A DNA stretch of 63,412 nt, the filler included, from Rhabdomonas costata (lineage: Eukaryota): assembly GCA_019059605.1 (NCBI GenBank). It is 47 parts of 47 records of this genome, joined end to end, with 100 filler letters (N's around TTAATTAATTAA, not from the genome) between each part and the next. Parts side by side here need not be neighbours in the genome. Positions count along the whole stretch, not along the records: positions 10,817 to 12,068 come from JAHMHO010021853.1; positions 12,169 to 13,420 come from JAHMHO010021854.1; positions 13,521 to 14,772 come from JAHMHO010021855.1; positions 14,873 to 16,124 come from JAHMHO010021856.1; positions 16,225 to 17,476 come from JAHMHO010021857.1; positions 17,577 to 18,828 come from JAHMHO010021858.1; positions 18,929 to 20,179 come from JAHMHO010021859.1; positions 20,280 to 21,531 come from JAHMHO010021860.1; 39 more parts are not named here. One strand, 5' to 3'. The position numbers and the translations under genes are program-made. The notes under the pieces were generated by a model, which saw only the letters and a list, made by a program, of their open reading frames with translations, searched no databases and was not told where the DNA came from. Below are positions 10,970 through 23,290 of this stretch, one piece after another (position 1 is the first letter of the stretch; each line of letters starts with the position of its first letter).

Positions 10970-11894
10970 GCGTGCTTTGCCGTTGCTAGAGTCCTTGGGG
11001 ATGACGTCGGAGACGGTCTGGAACTGAGAGCAGTCGATTCCCTTCTTCACGCACCCCTCCGCGATCTTCTTGTCGTGGTCCAGGATGTGCCCAACCAGCC
11101 ACTGAAAGATAAGACAGGAACCACCTCTCTCAGCGAAACGCAGGCAAACACATCAATGTCCAAAGTCCGACACAGGTGTGCAGATGTGTGTGTGTGAGGG
11201 TCCGTTGGGCCACTTCACACTTTGTAATGACTGACATGGCGCGATGAGTGTGTGGAAGAGATGGATGTCGTGAAAGTATAGCAGTGCTGGATACCGACTA
11301 CCGACAAGGAAAAAAAGGGGGGGCCAATACAAAAATCCCCCCAGGGGCAAAAGGTGAAGAAACTACGAGGAGACAAAAGTAGGCCCCCGAAACGCTTCAT
11401 GGGCGATCCACCCTCGCCCTGGTTCGGTTGAAGGTCTCTTAGCGGCTCTGTTTTTTGGTCACTTTTCGCAGCTTCTGGTGCCCTTTCAAGCTCCACCGTA
11501 CGCAAGGTTTCAAATGTCACCCACAACGCAATTAAACAAGAAGAAATCGAAGAACCCCTCACCCCATAAAAAATGGGGCCGCATGTCACAGGACAGATGG
11601 TCGTGTGTTAGATATCCCAAAGGACCGCAAAGGAGATTTCTGTGCAACCCTGGCCTTCCCTGGCCTCTACCCGCCCCTGCTTCGGGACACCTGGCACGGG
11701 CGCAAAAAAAAAGGGGGGGGGGGGATAAAACAGCAGCCTGAGGACCCTTGTACCTCCATCAAAGCATGCAGCACCACAGTCAGGTCCAGCTGGCCTGACT
11801 GGTGCTCCGCGAACCACCGCAGGGCCTGGTCCGTGAACTGCTGATGCTGCCCGTAGTGACCGCGGTAGCCCGGGTAGTCAATAGTTTGCATGAG
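10970..11894 (-). CDS. Hemerythrin-domain protein, two exons
   Basis: Exon 11894-11754 (LMQTIDYPGYRGHYGQHQQF...LHALME) splices in phase 0 to an exon starting at 11101 (WLVGHILDHDKKIAE). This gives the hemerythrin motifs LM-x4-YP-x4-H-x3-H-x2-F and WL-x2-HI-x3-D. Lower end approximate. Confidence 0.85.
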
Positions 11895-12836
11895 CTGATA
11901 TGCCAGAGAGAGAAGGAGAGAGAGGAGAGAGACGGCTTTCCGTAATTCTGCTGAATGACAGAAACGCGAGTGCGATCTGCTTCCTTCAAGAAAGGGAGGC
12001 AAGTTCATTGCACAGAAATTTATGTTTAGCCCTGTCGCTGCAAGTCTCCTTTTCAGCACTCCACCCACNNNNNNNNNNNNNNNNNNNNNNNNNNNNNNNN
12101 NNNNNNNNNNNNTTAATTAATTAANNNNNNNNNNNNNNNNNNNNNNNNNNNNNNNNNNNNNNNNNNNNTTTTTGGGGTTCAATTGCTACCATTTATTACT
12201 ATTCTGCGTTGTTTGATGCCATTGCTGCATGGTTTCGATGTGTTCTAGCATGGATGGACACAGGTAGTTTGTGTTCAGGGTTTGCTTCTCTGTGTTCGGT
12301 CTTAGGTCTTCTAGCCTTCGTTGTTGCTTTGGTCTCCATCGCTGTGTTGAGTGCTTCCTCTGTATGTATGCGTGCTACGTTGGTGCTGGTGTGGGATTGC
12401 TTTGTTTCGGTCCTTCCGCATAAGTAGTAGTCTAGTTGGTTCAGGTTGTCGCGCAAGCGTTTGTGTCTGGATGTGTCTTGGTGTGTTTGGTGTGCAGTTC
12501 CGTGGTTGATTGGGTGTCCTTCACTACGTCTTTGCCTTTGCTTACGCTGTTAGTGTGCTGTGGTCTGGTTGCCCTGGCATTGCGTGAGGATGATGTTGGC
12601 TTTACGGGGTTTGGCACTTTTTTCGTGTTGATATGAACATGTTGGCCTTGTGGTGGGTGTGGAGTGGTGCTTTGTGTCCGTAGGCTGTAGTGGTGTGGTT
12701 AAGTGTGGTCATGTGTGCTTGTACGGTAGTGCTGGAACGTGGGGTGATGGAGTCGGGTACTGGATGTGTGATGGGTAGTTGAGTGTTGAGAAGTTGTTGT
12801 GTCGGTGCGGAGAGTGCTGGTGGTGTGTAGCGTGTG

Positions 12837-13418
12837 TCACATTTCTCTGCTCTCCAGAACCTCGCCTGTAGCAAGAGATAGGAGTGTGGCAAAACTTCTG
12901 ACCTTCTCATCAACTCCCACAAGGTATTCCGATTGAGAATAATCAGAGGTTGGACATTAGATGATCACATGGTCCGCCTGGTACTCGGGGAGTGCAGTGG
13001 AAGTCTGGGGCGCGAGTTCTTGGTTGCGCACTGCTGCTCGCTCAGCACACGAAAGCTCCTCTCAGTCAACATCCGCTGTGATTACTCTTTGGCGGAATAG
13101 TTATTCCTTGCGCTGTACAACTGCTTCTGTGATGCGAGAGACGCGTGAAGTTACTCTGCTATCCCGCTCTTCGATTTTCAAGACGGTTTTGTGGTCGCGG
13201 TCCATAGGAGAGGAATCACATACGGGGGCAGGCGCCGCTGGAACTACCGCCATTTCTGACGGATGCGAATGCAGGGGGCCCTGATTCTGCGATCGAAGAT
13301 CGATGTGGCGCTGGAAAAGGAGAACCTAAAGTTGCTGTTGCTGTTGCTGCTCAAGTGGCTAGTGATTACGGTCGTCGTCCATCTCCTGTGTTTCACCCAC
13401 AACCTCAAGGAGAAGACT
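12837..13418 (-). pseudogene. Protein-like Gln-rich frame interrupted by nonsense codons
   Basis: One frame reads as plausible protein but has stops at 13359, 13326, 13101, 13062, 12957 and 12837. Confidence 0.35.
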
Positions 13419-13819
13419 GTNNNNNNNNNNNNNNNNNNNNNNNNNNNNNNNNNNNNNNNNNNNNTTAATTAATTAANNNNNNNNNNNNNNNNNNNNNNNN
13501 NNNNNNNNNNNNNNNNNNNNGGTTGGAAACCGATGTTTGGGATGTTTGAAAATCTAAAGCACCGCCAGAGCGTTTTTAACACCACTTTACACACAAAAAA
13601 GGCAATTACTGGTCTCTGAAAGGCAGTTTTACGGAAGTTTTGCTGCTGGCCACACCCCGGCGAAAAACATCGGTTTCTGGGTCAAAAAATTCGACCCCAC
13701 GGAAGCCTTCTATCTCGATCCAGAAACGAAAGAGGATTTTGCCTTTTACAGTATACCTTTTTTCGTCGACTTCGTTGAGATCCGAAGCCCGAGGTGTACA
13801 CGCTGCCCGATCTAAGGCC

Positions 13820-14165
13820 TAATACAGTGGGAATGGTGGAAATTTCCGAACCTTCAGTTTTGATTTCTTTCGTGGATGAATAATGAAATGGTTTGATAAC
13901 TGTATAGCTACCCGAAATTGTACCCACAACAAGGTCTGGGTAATTCCACATGGGTTGCAAAAGGAGTGATGTGTGGCCTCAAAAAATGGATACCCTTTGA
14001 AGAAAGAACACCGTGACCAAGTGTTGCAATCTTCATGGATGGAAAACATGCCTCGCACGAACTTGAACCCAAACATGAAACGCAGAAATACGCAGTGATA
14101 TATTCGCCGCATCAGGCAAGCGTGTGAAAGCCACAGAACATCGAATTAAACTACCCGCTCTTATA
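13820..14165 (+). mobile_element. Possible decayed pogo/Tigger-like (DDE_1) transposase fragment
   Basis: A stop-ridden frame contains VAIFMDGKHASH and YSPHQASV*KPQNIELNYPL, loosely resembling the LLILDGH-x-SH and P-x2-TS-x-LQPLD-x3-N-x-PF blocks. Confidence 0.3.
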
Positions 14166-17100
14166 TTGCTTTTTCCACTGGAAAAAGTAATGGAAGACCT
14201 TTAAGAAAGAAACAACCCAAAAGCACCGAAGGAAAAAATGAGAGAAAGTCCTTCAACCTATCGTCTAGAACTGGAGTGGACAGCGGAAGTGAGGCGCAGG
14301 GTTAAGACCAAGGTCAAAATAAGGTTAAAGACCGAGCTAAAAAATTACAGTACGGATTCGATGCATTTGAAGTGCAAAACATTCCTTGGGAAGGTTGGCT
14401 CGTGTGACATACTGACAAAACATCTACATATAGTGCAACATGGTGTCCCCGAGTCTTGGTGTGTAGCGCCGCAGTTGTGGGAGTGGCACAACGTGGTTAG
14501 GGCAAAACGGTTTTTGAAAATCTGTGGCAATAATATCTAAGACTACGTTGCAATGTGTCCGACATCTCACGTATCTTCCTTGGTAGTGTTTTAGATGAAC
14601 AAGATGGATAGCCGTGCATATCAATCACAGATAAATGAATCGCGGTCAATGATAAAAGGGGTTTGCATCGCCACGATCCCGGACGAGGAACAAATGTTGC
14701 GAGGTTGCTGGCCGCCTTTCGCACCCCTTGCAACCTACTCCCTTTGAGCCGGGCCCGGATGGCAGAAAAAAANNNNNNNNNNNNNNNNNNNNNNNNNNNN
14801 NNNNNNNNNNNNNNNNTTAATTAATTAANNNNNNNNNNNNNNNNNNNNNNNNNNNNNNNNNNNNNNNNNNNNTGTGTTGTGGAACGCACCGACAATCTTT
14901 TTCACAACCCCTGACCCGTCTTCTACAGAAATTAGCTTTCCTCTGGTGACCGTCACTCCCGTTGCGCCGCTTCGATGTCAAGCGGTCAATTTTGCTGCAG
15001 AAGTTAATTCGTTAATTCAGAAGGGATATTGCCAAAACGTGGTGAGCGGAGCTGTGAAAAAGATTGTCGGTGCGTTCCACAATGCGCCTTCCGGACCCCA
15101 GTTATTGTTTCTTTTTTGCAGGTGGATTATCACAAAACCTTTTCCCAAGAAGCCGAGGAAGTCTACGAAGTGCAGGGTACGCTGCTGCATTTCTATGCCG
15201 TCATGGGGAAATTTACAGCGCGTTGGAGAGTGTCGGCTGCAGAACGGTTTTCTTTTGCTCCTCACACGCGGGGAGGGGGGGGGACGGATAAACAGTTTGA
15301 CTAACCCCATCTTGCTGAGAAGAAATGTCAAGTGCATGTGGAGGTACTTGACACAGTTTGCCTTACCCGTGCCCTAAACACAGCATCGCCAATTCGCAAC
15401 TTCTCAGTCACAGTCCAAGACATTTGTGAGTAATGACTAAGCAACTTGTGGTGATACCACTTGCCAACCTCTTCTTCGAACGTTAGCAACAAAACGTAAG
15501 GTAAGATTACTGTGGACGGGACTCCTTGTACTTTTTGCTTTCAGCGGTCATCTTCACAGCCCCCGGAAATATTTGCTTAAAATCTTTATTTTCCGTCCGT
15601 TATCAGTTGTGGTTTCTCAGTTGTGATATATAGCTTTTTCACGGCCCCTGTCATGTGCACGATGCTGGCGCTTCATCGTGCACATCCCACATTCCCACCC
15701 TCTCGTGCACATCGTTGGGTGCACGGGCGGAGTTTCTGGAAAATGGGGGGGGGGCTCAACGAACAGGAATCGGCATCATGGGAGATGCCTGAGTTAATGA
15801 AACAGCACTTCCATTCACTTTATTGGGGACCTCATGACCTCAAAGAAAACGTCCAAGGTTTACCCAAAGGCCACGAATGACAGCGGCTGGATGAGGAAAA
15901 CAACTCCTTGCAAATGTTCATAAACGCAACAAACCCCTTTGGTGCTCTGACAGTTTGACAAAAGGTTACGGGAATCTCTCAACATCGTCTTGAGTTAAGC
16001 GCGAGAATCTAAACGAGACGTAATCTGAAGGCGATATTGCCTTTCCTATTATACCGGAATCGGAGCCCTTGTCCTCGCTGCACTGGGGGGTTTTAGAACC
16101 CGGGCCCCCTCCGACCACCCCCCCNNNNNNNNNNNNNNNNNNNNNNNNNNNNNNNNNNNNNNNNNNNNTTAATTAATTAANNNNNNNNNNNNNNNNNNNN
16201 NNNNNNNNNNNNNNNNNNNNNNNNGTGTGTGATTGTACCAGATGCCGCTCTCTTATCAACCATCCGAGTGCAGAGATCACAGACAGCAGCTCAGGCCCCA
16301 GTACCATGCGTAGAAGAGGTTCCGCATGCGAAGTTAAGGTGTCCGCGCTGGACTGAACGGGTTGATCAGGTACGCCTGGCAACGCACGCTGGTAAACCAC
16401 GGATGAGGCCACCACTCACCATGGTAGGGTGCGCTTAGGTCATACGGTGAACCACACGCGTATGTATCTTAGTAGTAGACGTGGTAGCCCCACGTTGAAC
16501 CTAGGGTATGTTGTGTGTGCAGTAGCTCAGGGCCTACGTCACCACCTGATGTAGGGTTGGGCTGAGGTGAGTAATGTAACCCATGATGGGCACTGCGTTA
16601 TGGCCTCAGTCAGCGGTAGGACACACCACCCTAGCAACATGAGGGCTTTGCACACCAACCCATGGGCCTGGTTACCATGGTAGTAATGGCATACGTCGCA
16701 TGGAGGGTTAGGGACTGGTTGTGGAGGCTAACCCAACCCTGTAGTATGGGCTGTAGGGGTAGTGTATTGGTTACCTACTCCTATAGTACTGTGCGTAAGG
16801 TGTAGGGTTAGCGCTCCTCCCAGTGTGGTGATGTCATGGGCTGTGTGGTGATGGTCAGGACCGCTCCAACCACTCACCCTCAGCACCCTAAGCACAAGGT
16901 ACAGTCATGGCATCACGTCATGGCTACCCTTTGTGTGGAAGGAGTTGAGGAGGATGTGGTGACCCTGCCAATCCCACACAGTACACCATGTCATCACAAG
17001 GTGTGTCAAGGGCTACACGTCAACCACCAAAGGCTGATGTGCCACATCCCAGCGATGGACAGCACAGGGGTTATGGTACGCACCATTTGTTGATGGTTGT

Positions 17101-18050
17101 GTGTAGATCCTGGTGAGAGGCTACAGGGCATGGGGTGTGTCCCAGCCACAGTCAACACTTGGCACCACATGTAGAAGGTGGGTGAGACCAAGGGTTGATG
17201 TTGTTGGAGGGTGACGTGACGATGACCAGTGAGCCAATCCACCACTCGGCATGAACCCAGCAGCAGCATGACCCAGTGTAAGGGAAGTGCATGTGAGGGA
17301 AGATGCCAAAGGCTGAACCCACCACTCAGTGAAAGGCCCCGCAGGGACAGATGCCTTCCTGAGTTCATCATGCAGTGTAAGAGTGATGGTGGGTTGACCG
17401 AACGAACCGCCTTATGGCGGGGGAGACGTCGTCACTCCCCGACTGACGTCGGTACGTTCGGTCAACCCACCACCACNNNNNNNNNNNNNNNNNNNNNNNN
17501 NNNNNNNNNNNNNNNNNNNNTTAATTAATTAANNNNNNNNNNNNNNNNNNNNNNNNNNNNNNNNNNNNNNNNNNNNTGTGTGGTGTATGCTTCCTGCTTC
17601 GTGTGCGCTTTCCGCTTTGTGTGCGGGTCCCAGTGCTCCAATGTGCGTACGATTCCATGGTTTTGGGGGTCCCGGTGCAAAAGTTCGCTTTTGAAAGCCC
17701 GCAGTCTGCCTGTAGTGGCCTCTTCCATGCTTCAAAGCCCAGTAATTGGGTTTGGCAGCCTTTCGCGCCGTGGAGATTCCGGATTTTGGGGTTGACAGAT
17801 TTTCCTCTTTCACACCCGTGAGAGTCTTGGCTTTATAAGTGATTGTCTTCTGATTTTTACGGGGGGGGGAGAAGGGCAGGGCCAGAACTGACAAGAGGCA
17901 ATCTCCTCATCCTGCTCCAGCCGGCTGGGAGTTATTCCCCGAAAGAGCCACCGGTGGCGTATAACACATCTAATGCGTGCAGGGGCTCCCCAAGAAACAA
18001 TGCACATGACACTCGTCACTTTCTGATCCATTTGTATGTATGTCTCTGGG

Positions 18051-18135
18051 TGCGGTGCGGTGTGATGTGGCATGGTACGGTATGGTATGGTATGGTATGG
18101 TATGGTATGGTATGGTATGGTATGGTATGGTATGG
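18051..18135. repeat. (TATGG)11 microsatellite with degenerate pentamers upstream
   Basis: Perfect copies at 18081-18135; TGCGG, TGTGG, CATGG and TACGG variants at 18051-18080. Confidence 0.95.
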
Positions 18136-18151
18136 TGTGCACCTTACTCAG

Positions 18152-18315
18152 CTCTGGGCCGGTGGCAGCCTCTGGTCGACCTGGTGGTGCAGGCCTGGGT
18201 CACCGCACGCAGGCAGCTACGGTCTTGGATCGTAGATCAGCACCAGAGCCACCGCCACAAGTACGCCGACCTCGGGGAGGAGACCCTGCGCCGAGCCATT
18301 CTCCTGCTGCACACG
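18152..18315 (+). CDS. Exon of unknown helical protein
   Basis: AG/GT-bounded GC-rich exon: LGRWQPLVDLVVQAWVTARRQLRSWIVDQHQSHRHKYADLGEETLRRAILLLHT. Confidence 0.5.
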
Positions 18316-20313
18316 GTGCGCTGGGGCAGGGGGGAGGCGTTGGGGGCATTGGGACATCCTCCTTACTGTATGAATTGTTAACCGTGTAATGTCGGTTTAA
18401 CGTTTTATGGAAAGCCACTCACGTTCAAACAAATTTTTGACCCGGGGGGCTTTTTATTCCGGGCACGAAAGGGAGCACCATTTTGAGAAGCCGTCGGTCG
18501 ATTTTCAGGTATCTGCTGCACACGGAGAAGCTCAGATGGTTAGAATGTGCATACAAATCGAAAGGAAAGGGGAGATGTGTAGGGTTGAGACTTGTAAGAG
18601 CGTATGTGAGTGCTTTCTCAGGGCACACCGCCACTGCCAATGCTGTTGGGTGAGCTTGTTGCCATTAAGCGCAGGGTCGCCAGTTATCGGTTGGTTGTCT
18701 TCGTGGCAGTCATTAGGCTGACTGCGGTATTGCATGGGGAAAATTAGACAACCCTGCGCTTGATCGGAAATAATTTTCAGATATGTGGTTCTCCTGCGCA
18801 GGGTTGTCTAATTTTCCCCACACAACACNNNNNNNNNNNNNNNNNNNNNNNNNNNNNNNNNNNNNNNNNNNNTTAATTAATTAANNNNNNNNNNNNNNNN
18901 NNNNNNNNNNNNNNNNNNNNNNNNNNNNTGTTGTGGTTGTTGCCGCGCCATCACAGGCACAACGCACGGGGAGAAGCTGGAAAGACGAAGCTATGAAAAA
19001 CGGCCACGGCAGGAGGGTGCTACCTCTTATACAAGGGGGCGCCCGCCCGAAAATAACGCGCAAGGCAGCAGAAACAGAAACACCTTGCGCATTGTTTTCT
19101 GGCGGGCTCTTTTGGCGTGCCCTTTTTGCTTCGTATTTCCGGCTTTGCTGTGGTGCGTTGCTGTGGTGGGCTTCGGTCTTCTCTCTCTCGGTCGCTTGCC
19201 GTCGTGATACTTGCGGCTTCCGCCCATTTTTGCCCCCGCCTAGCGCCCCGTTTTCTGCCCTTCCCTGCGCTTCTGGCCGCCGGTATACGCTCTTACGTAG
19301 AACTGGGTCGTTCCGTTATCCATTCGACGGTTTTTTTCCGCGTTTGGTTTTCCATCTTGCCAACGCCCCCGCGCCGTTGACAACCCGCTTTATCCTTCCC
19401 CGCCGTCGGCGCTGCCCGCCGCCGTTTCCCAGGCCGTTTTCTCAATCCTCTCCGGGGCGGCCTCATCAAACTACACCGCCACCTTCGGCAGCGGGAGACC
19501 ACGGACCAGGGCCGGAACAAACCCAACTCTTAACTCCGAAGTGGATCCCTTACACTGTCCTGGGCGGGCTTTTGTTTCCTTTAAAAAAACGTCGGGCTCC
19601 GGTGGAAGGCAGAAATGGGACCCAGCAGCCTGACAAAACATGGCGGAATGAAAGCACTGTTGCATAGTCGCGCGCTCTGTTGCACTCTGCTTCCTGCGCT
19701 TGGGCTTGGTGTTTTGTATGGGTTGTGGAAGGGGGTTGTGGAAGGGCTCCAAGAAATGCCCTGCCTACTTACGGTTCGTCTGTTTCGCCGTTTTGTGTGA
19801 AAACGAGCGAGTCTTTTTTTCCCGGTGAACAAAACACAGGAACCTGAACGACACACTGGCAAAAGCAAACACGCATTCGCCGGAGTTAGAATTTCGAAAG
19901 GGCCACAAATCTTGTGGACCTGGTGGAGTGCCGGGGGTTTTTCAAGGACATTCAGCGAGAGAGTGGTGTTCTTGGTTTTTGGGATGCAGACATTTTTTGC
20001 GGCGGAAACACCCAAGGAAAAATGCAACCCAAAAAGTAGCAGAACACGAAGACTAAAAAGGTCCCACACAGGTCATCCCGAGTAATCGGCGCGTGTGGTG
20101 GACCTACCCTTGCCCGGAGAAAAGAACGTCAGATGGAACGAGAAGGAAAAGAGAGATCAAAAACAAAAGGCACAAACCCNNNNNNNNNNNNNNNNNNNNN
20201 NNNNNNNNNNNNNNNNNNNNNNNTTAATTAATTAANNNNNNNNNNNNNNNNNNNNNNNNNNNNNNNNNNNNNNNNNNNNTGTGTGTGGGAAAACGGGAGG
20301 GAGCAGCGAGCAC

Positions 20314-21398
20314 CTTGTTAAACAGATCGATGAACCACTGCAGGGAGTACTGGTACATTGGATCGATGTTTGCCAGATCCTGAGTAGTCCCCCGCCCTTA
20401 ATTGAAAACCTGGGAAGGACTGCCGGCCGTAAGCGAGCACATTCACACTCACCGACACAACTGGATGATGATGGTCCTCCTCTTCTCGTATTGTTGTTGT
20501 GCTGCTGACCAACCTTGCTCAATCCTCCCTTCTTTTCGCCTCCATCTCATTTCAAACTTAGATGCAGCAACGGCACATAGCAGTGGGTTGGATGCACACA
20601 CGATGAACACAGGATTGAACAATTTTGGCAGCAACAATGGCGCGAAAGCACATGGGTGAAGTTGCGTTGGAAGAACAATGAATCAGAACCCGGGGAGGGG
20701 GTGGGGAAAGGACAGATATTTTTTAAACTTAGATTCACACATCAGACTGGTGTCTGGAGTGAGGCAGAGAAGGCACAAAAGGCAGGGCGAGCATGCATCT
20801 GGAGTGTGGTTGATATCAACGCACGATGCATGTGTGAAGAGCCACGAGAATGCCGCACATAGTTGGCTCAGGGAAGAGAAGGTATAGGCTCAGATTTTCA
20901 GACACACACTCACACACAAGCAAACAAACACGCACACGAAGATGCACACACCGTGATGCAGAAGAAGAGCTGGGAGGCCCTCATCGCCACAGGGATGAAC
21001 TTGGTGCGGGTCTTGTCACAGATCTTCTGCGAGGCCTCAATCTCCGTCTGCTTTGCCGCAATCTCATCCGCGACCTGAACAAGAAGACGGGAGCCGAGTC
21101 AGAGCAAACTACCGCGTATCGCAAAGCACGGAGCAACAGTTTTTTGAGGGGTGGTAGAAATCTCTCTCAATGCAGCATTTATGAGCAAAGAAAGGTGAAA
21201 CGGCGTGCAGCGGGGGCTCACCTTCTTTGAGTTGTCCAGGGTGTTGATGACCTCTTCATCCTCCAGCAGGTTGGTGCCGCTGGAGAGCAGGCGCAGGATC
21301 TCGTCCTCGATGGCCTTCAGGCGGGCCTTGTTCACGGCCCCCTGCTGCACGAACTTCATTTTCCGCTCTTCCAGCTCGCGTTCCTCGAACTGCACCAC
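20314..21398 (-). CDS. Axonemal dynein heavy chain (AAA5/strut region), three exons
   Basis: Phase-0 exons 21398-21222 (LKAIEDEILRLLSSGTNLLEDEEVINTLDNSK), 21074-20952 (FIPVAMRASQLFFCIT) and 20379-20314 (DLANIDPMYQYSLQWFIDLF). Confidence 0.95.
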
Positions 21399-21631
21399 CT
21401 GTGGCGCATCGGCGGCAGGAGCAGACCCCAGAGAAACGCGACGGCTGTACCACTGGCCAAGGATTAGGCTGCAACTTCCTTCCGCACCCTATGATGATGC
21501 TGAGCGGTGCTATCGGGTGAGCCCCACACGANNNNNNNNNNNNNNNNNNNNNNNNNNNNNNNNNNNNNNNNNNNNTTAATTAATTAANNNNNNNNNNNNN
21601 NNNNNNNNNNNNNNNNNNNNNNNNNNNNNNN

Positions 21632-21782
21632 GTTGTATGCCTGCAGCAGAGCGATCCAACAGAGATGCAATGCCTTTGCGTAAGAAAGAACACAAAGAAA
21701 TCTCTCCGGACAGGAAGCGGCGAGGACAACTTACGCAAAGGCATTGTGTCTCTGTTGGATTGCTCTGCTGCAGGCATACGAC
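21632..21782. repeat. 53-bp imperfect inverted repeat with 45-nt loop
   Basis: Arms 21632-21684 and 21730-21782 differ at 4 positions. Confidence 0.9.
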
Positions 21783-22053
21783 CTGAAACACACAGAGGTG
21801 CACCTATCCAGAATCCCATCACCCCATTGCCGCACGTAATCATTGTACCGCGCGTTGTGACTCCGTGTAGAACTTTCCTTTCCCCAGGACTAAAGGGACT
21901 GATGGTTTTCTGGTGCTTTGCACGTTTGGCAAGAGGATGTTCGAAGCTCTCGCTTTCTTCAGAAAAATGAGCTTTGCACCGAAACCAAAGTTGAGTTGAG
22001 TTGAGTCAGTTGAGTCTACAAACCCGCCAATCCCCATTATCACGAAACCACAC

Positions 22054-22872
22054 CTTCGCGCTGACATCGGCCTTGTGCTCCAGGAGGGCGGTGGTGGTGC
22101 GGTGCATGTCGTGCTCGGCAGAGTGGTGGAGCAGCGTGGTGGCCGTGGAGGGGTCCAGCACATGGCTCGGGGCCATCGCCTCCGCCGCGAAAGTGGGCCC
22201 GGCCAGCAATGCACAGACGGAGTCGGAGAAGTGCGCCAATCCCACGACCAGGGGCACACGTCCAGAGGCGTCCTTAGAGCCATGTGCAGGAAGTGGAATA
22301 GAAATGTTTGTAAGGGGAAGCGACACAGAAAAACAAACAAAGGTCAATATGGCAGTCTTCCCGAGTCTTCCCTCGAAACTGCCTTCACTCCTCAAACAAT
22401 CGCATAAAGGAGATGGGTTTGTAAGGGGCAGCGAGGAAGACTACGGCTTGAGGTGGGAAGCAAAAATCCAACGAGGAATGCAATTCATATAATAGGCTGC
22501 CACAATAGGGCGACCAGCGCACTGGCGTCAACGATGGTAGCCGAGTCACAGGCAGGTGCCCTCTCATCCTCTCAGAACACTTCATTAGCACCTTGCAGGC
22601 CTAGTCTGTACTCATCACACAAACATGCTCAAAATGCAGCTAGCGCACGGCCTTCCCGCCGCACTCCAGGAAGCACAGCACACCTTTACAGTAACATTCG
22701 CCCCATTTTCCAGCAAAACGGTGACAAACTCGCCCATGTCGTGATGAGCGGCATGGTGGAGCATCGTCGAGGCCGTCGCTTCGTCGAAGACGCCATTCGG
22801 GGACATTGCCTCCGCAGCAAAAGTGGGCCGGGCAAGCACTGCACAGGCGGAGTCGTTGTGGGCAGCCATGGC
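22054..22872 (-). CDS. Ankyrin-repeat protein, two paralogous exons
   Basis: Exons ~22872-22684 (TMLHHAAHHDMGEFVTVLLENGANVTVK) and 22272-22054 (DASGRVPL...TLLHHSAEHDMHRTTTALLEHKADVSAK). Confidence 0.85.
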
Positions 22873-23290
22873 CACAACAAAACNNNNNNNNNNNNNNNNN
22901 NNNNNNNNNNNNNNNNNNNNNNNNNNNTTAATTAATTAANNNNNNNNNNNNNNNNNNNNNNNNNNNNNNNNNNNNNNNNNNNNGTGTGGGTTGTTTTTTC
23001 CTCCAAAATGCCCATAATGTTCCGAGGACGCACCTTGGAGGAAAAAACGACAACCATCGGAAACAAAAAATGAAAACCCAAGACATTTTGGCAAGTGACC
23101 TGCACTTGGTTTGAGTTCAGTACAGAAAAACGCGTTCGAGGTTTGTTTTATCCAACAAATTCCGTTGCCCTCGTTTGACATAAAACTTCACAACGAGGGC
23201 AAGGCGGGGGAAATAAAACCAGAGAAACGGCCGAAAACGGTACAAAGGCTTCGGATAAGCCTCCAGTCATCAGAAAAGGAACACAGATAC

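Noticed and set aside
17810..18389. ORFs with YGMVW or HTIPY repeats
   Set aside because: These are translations of the (TATGG)n microsatellite.
18929..20179. Long ORFs such as 18933-19667
   Set aside because: No motif, codon bias or splice pattern; likely chance ORFs in GC-rich non-coding DNA.
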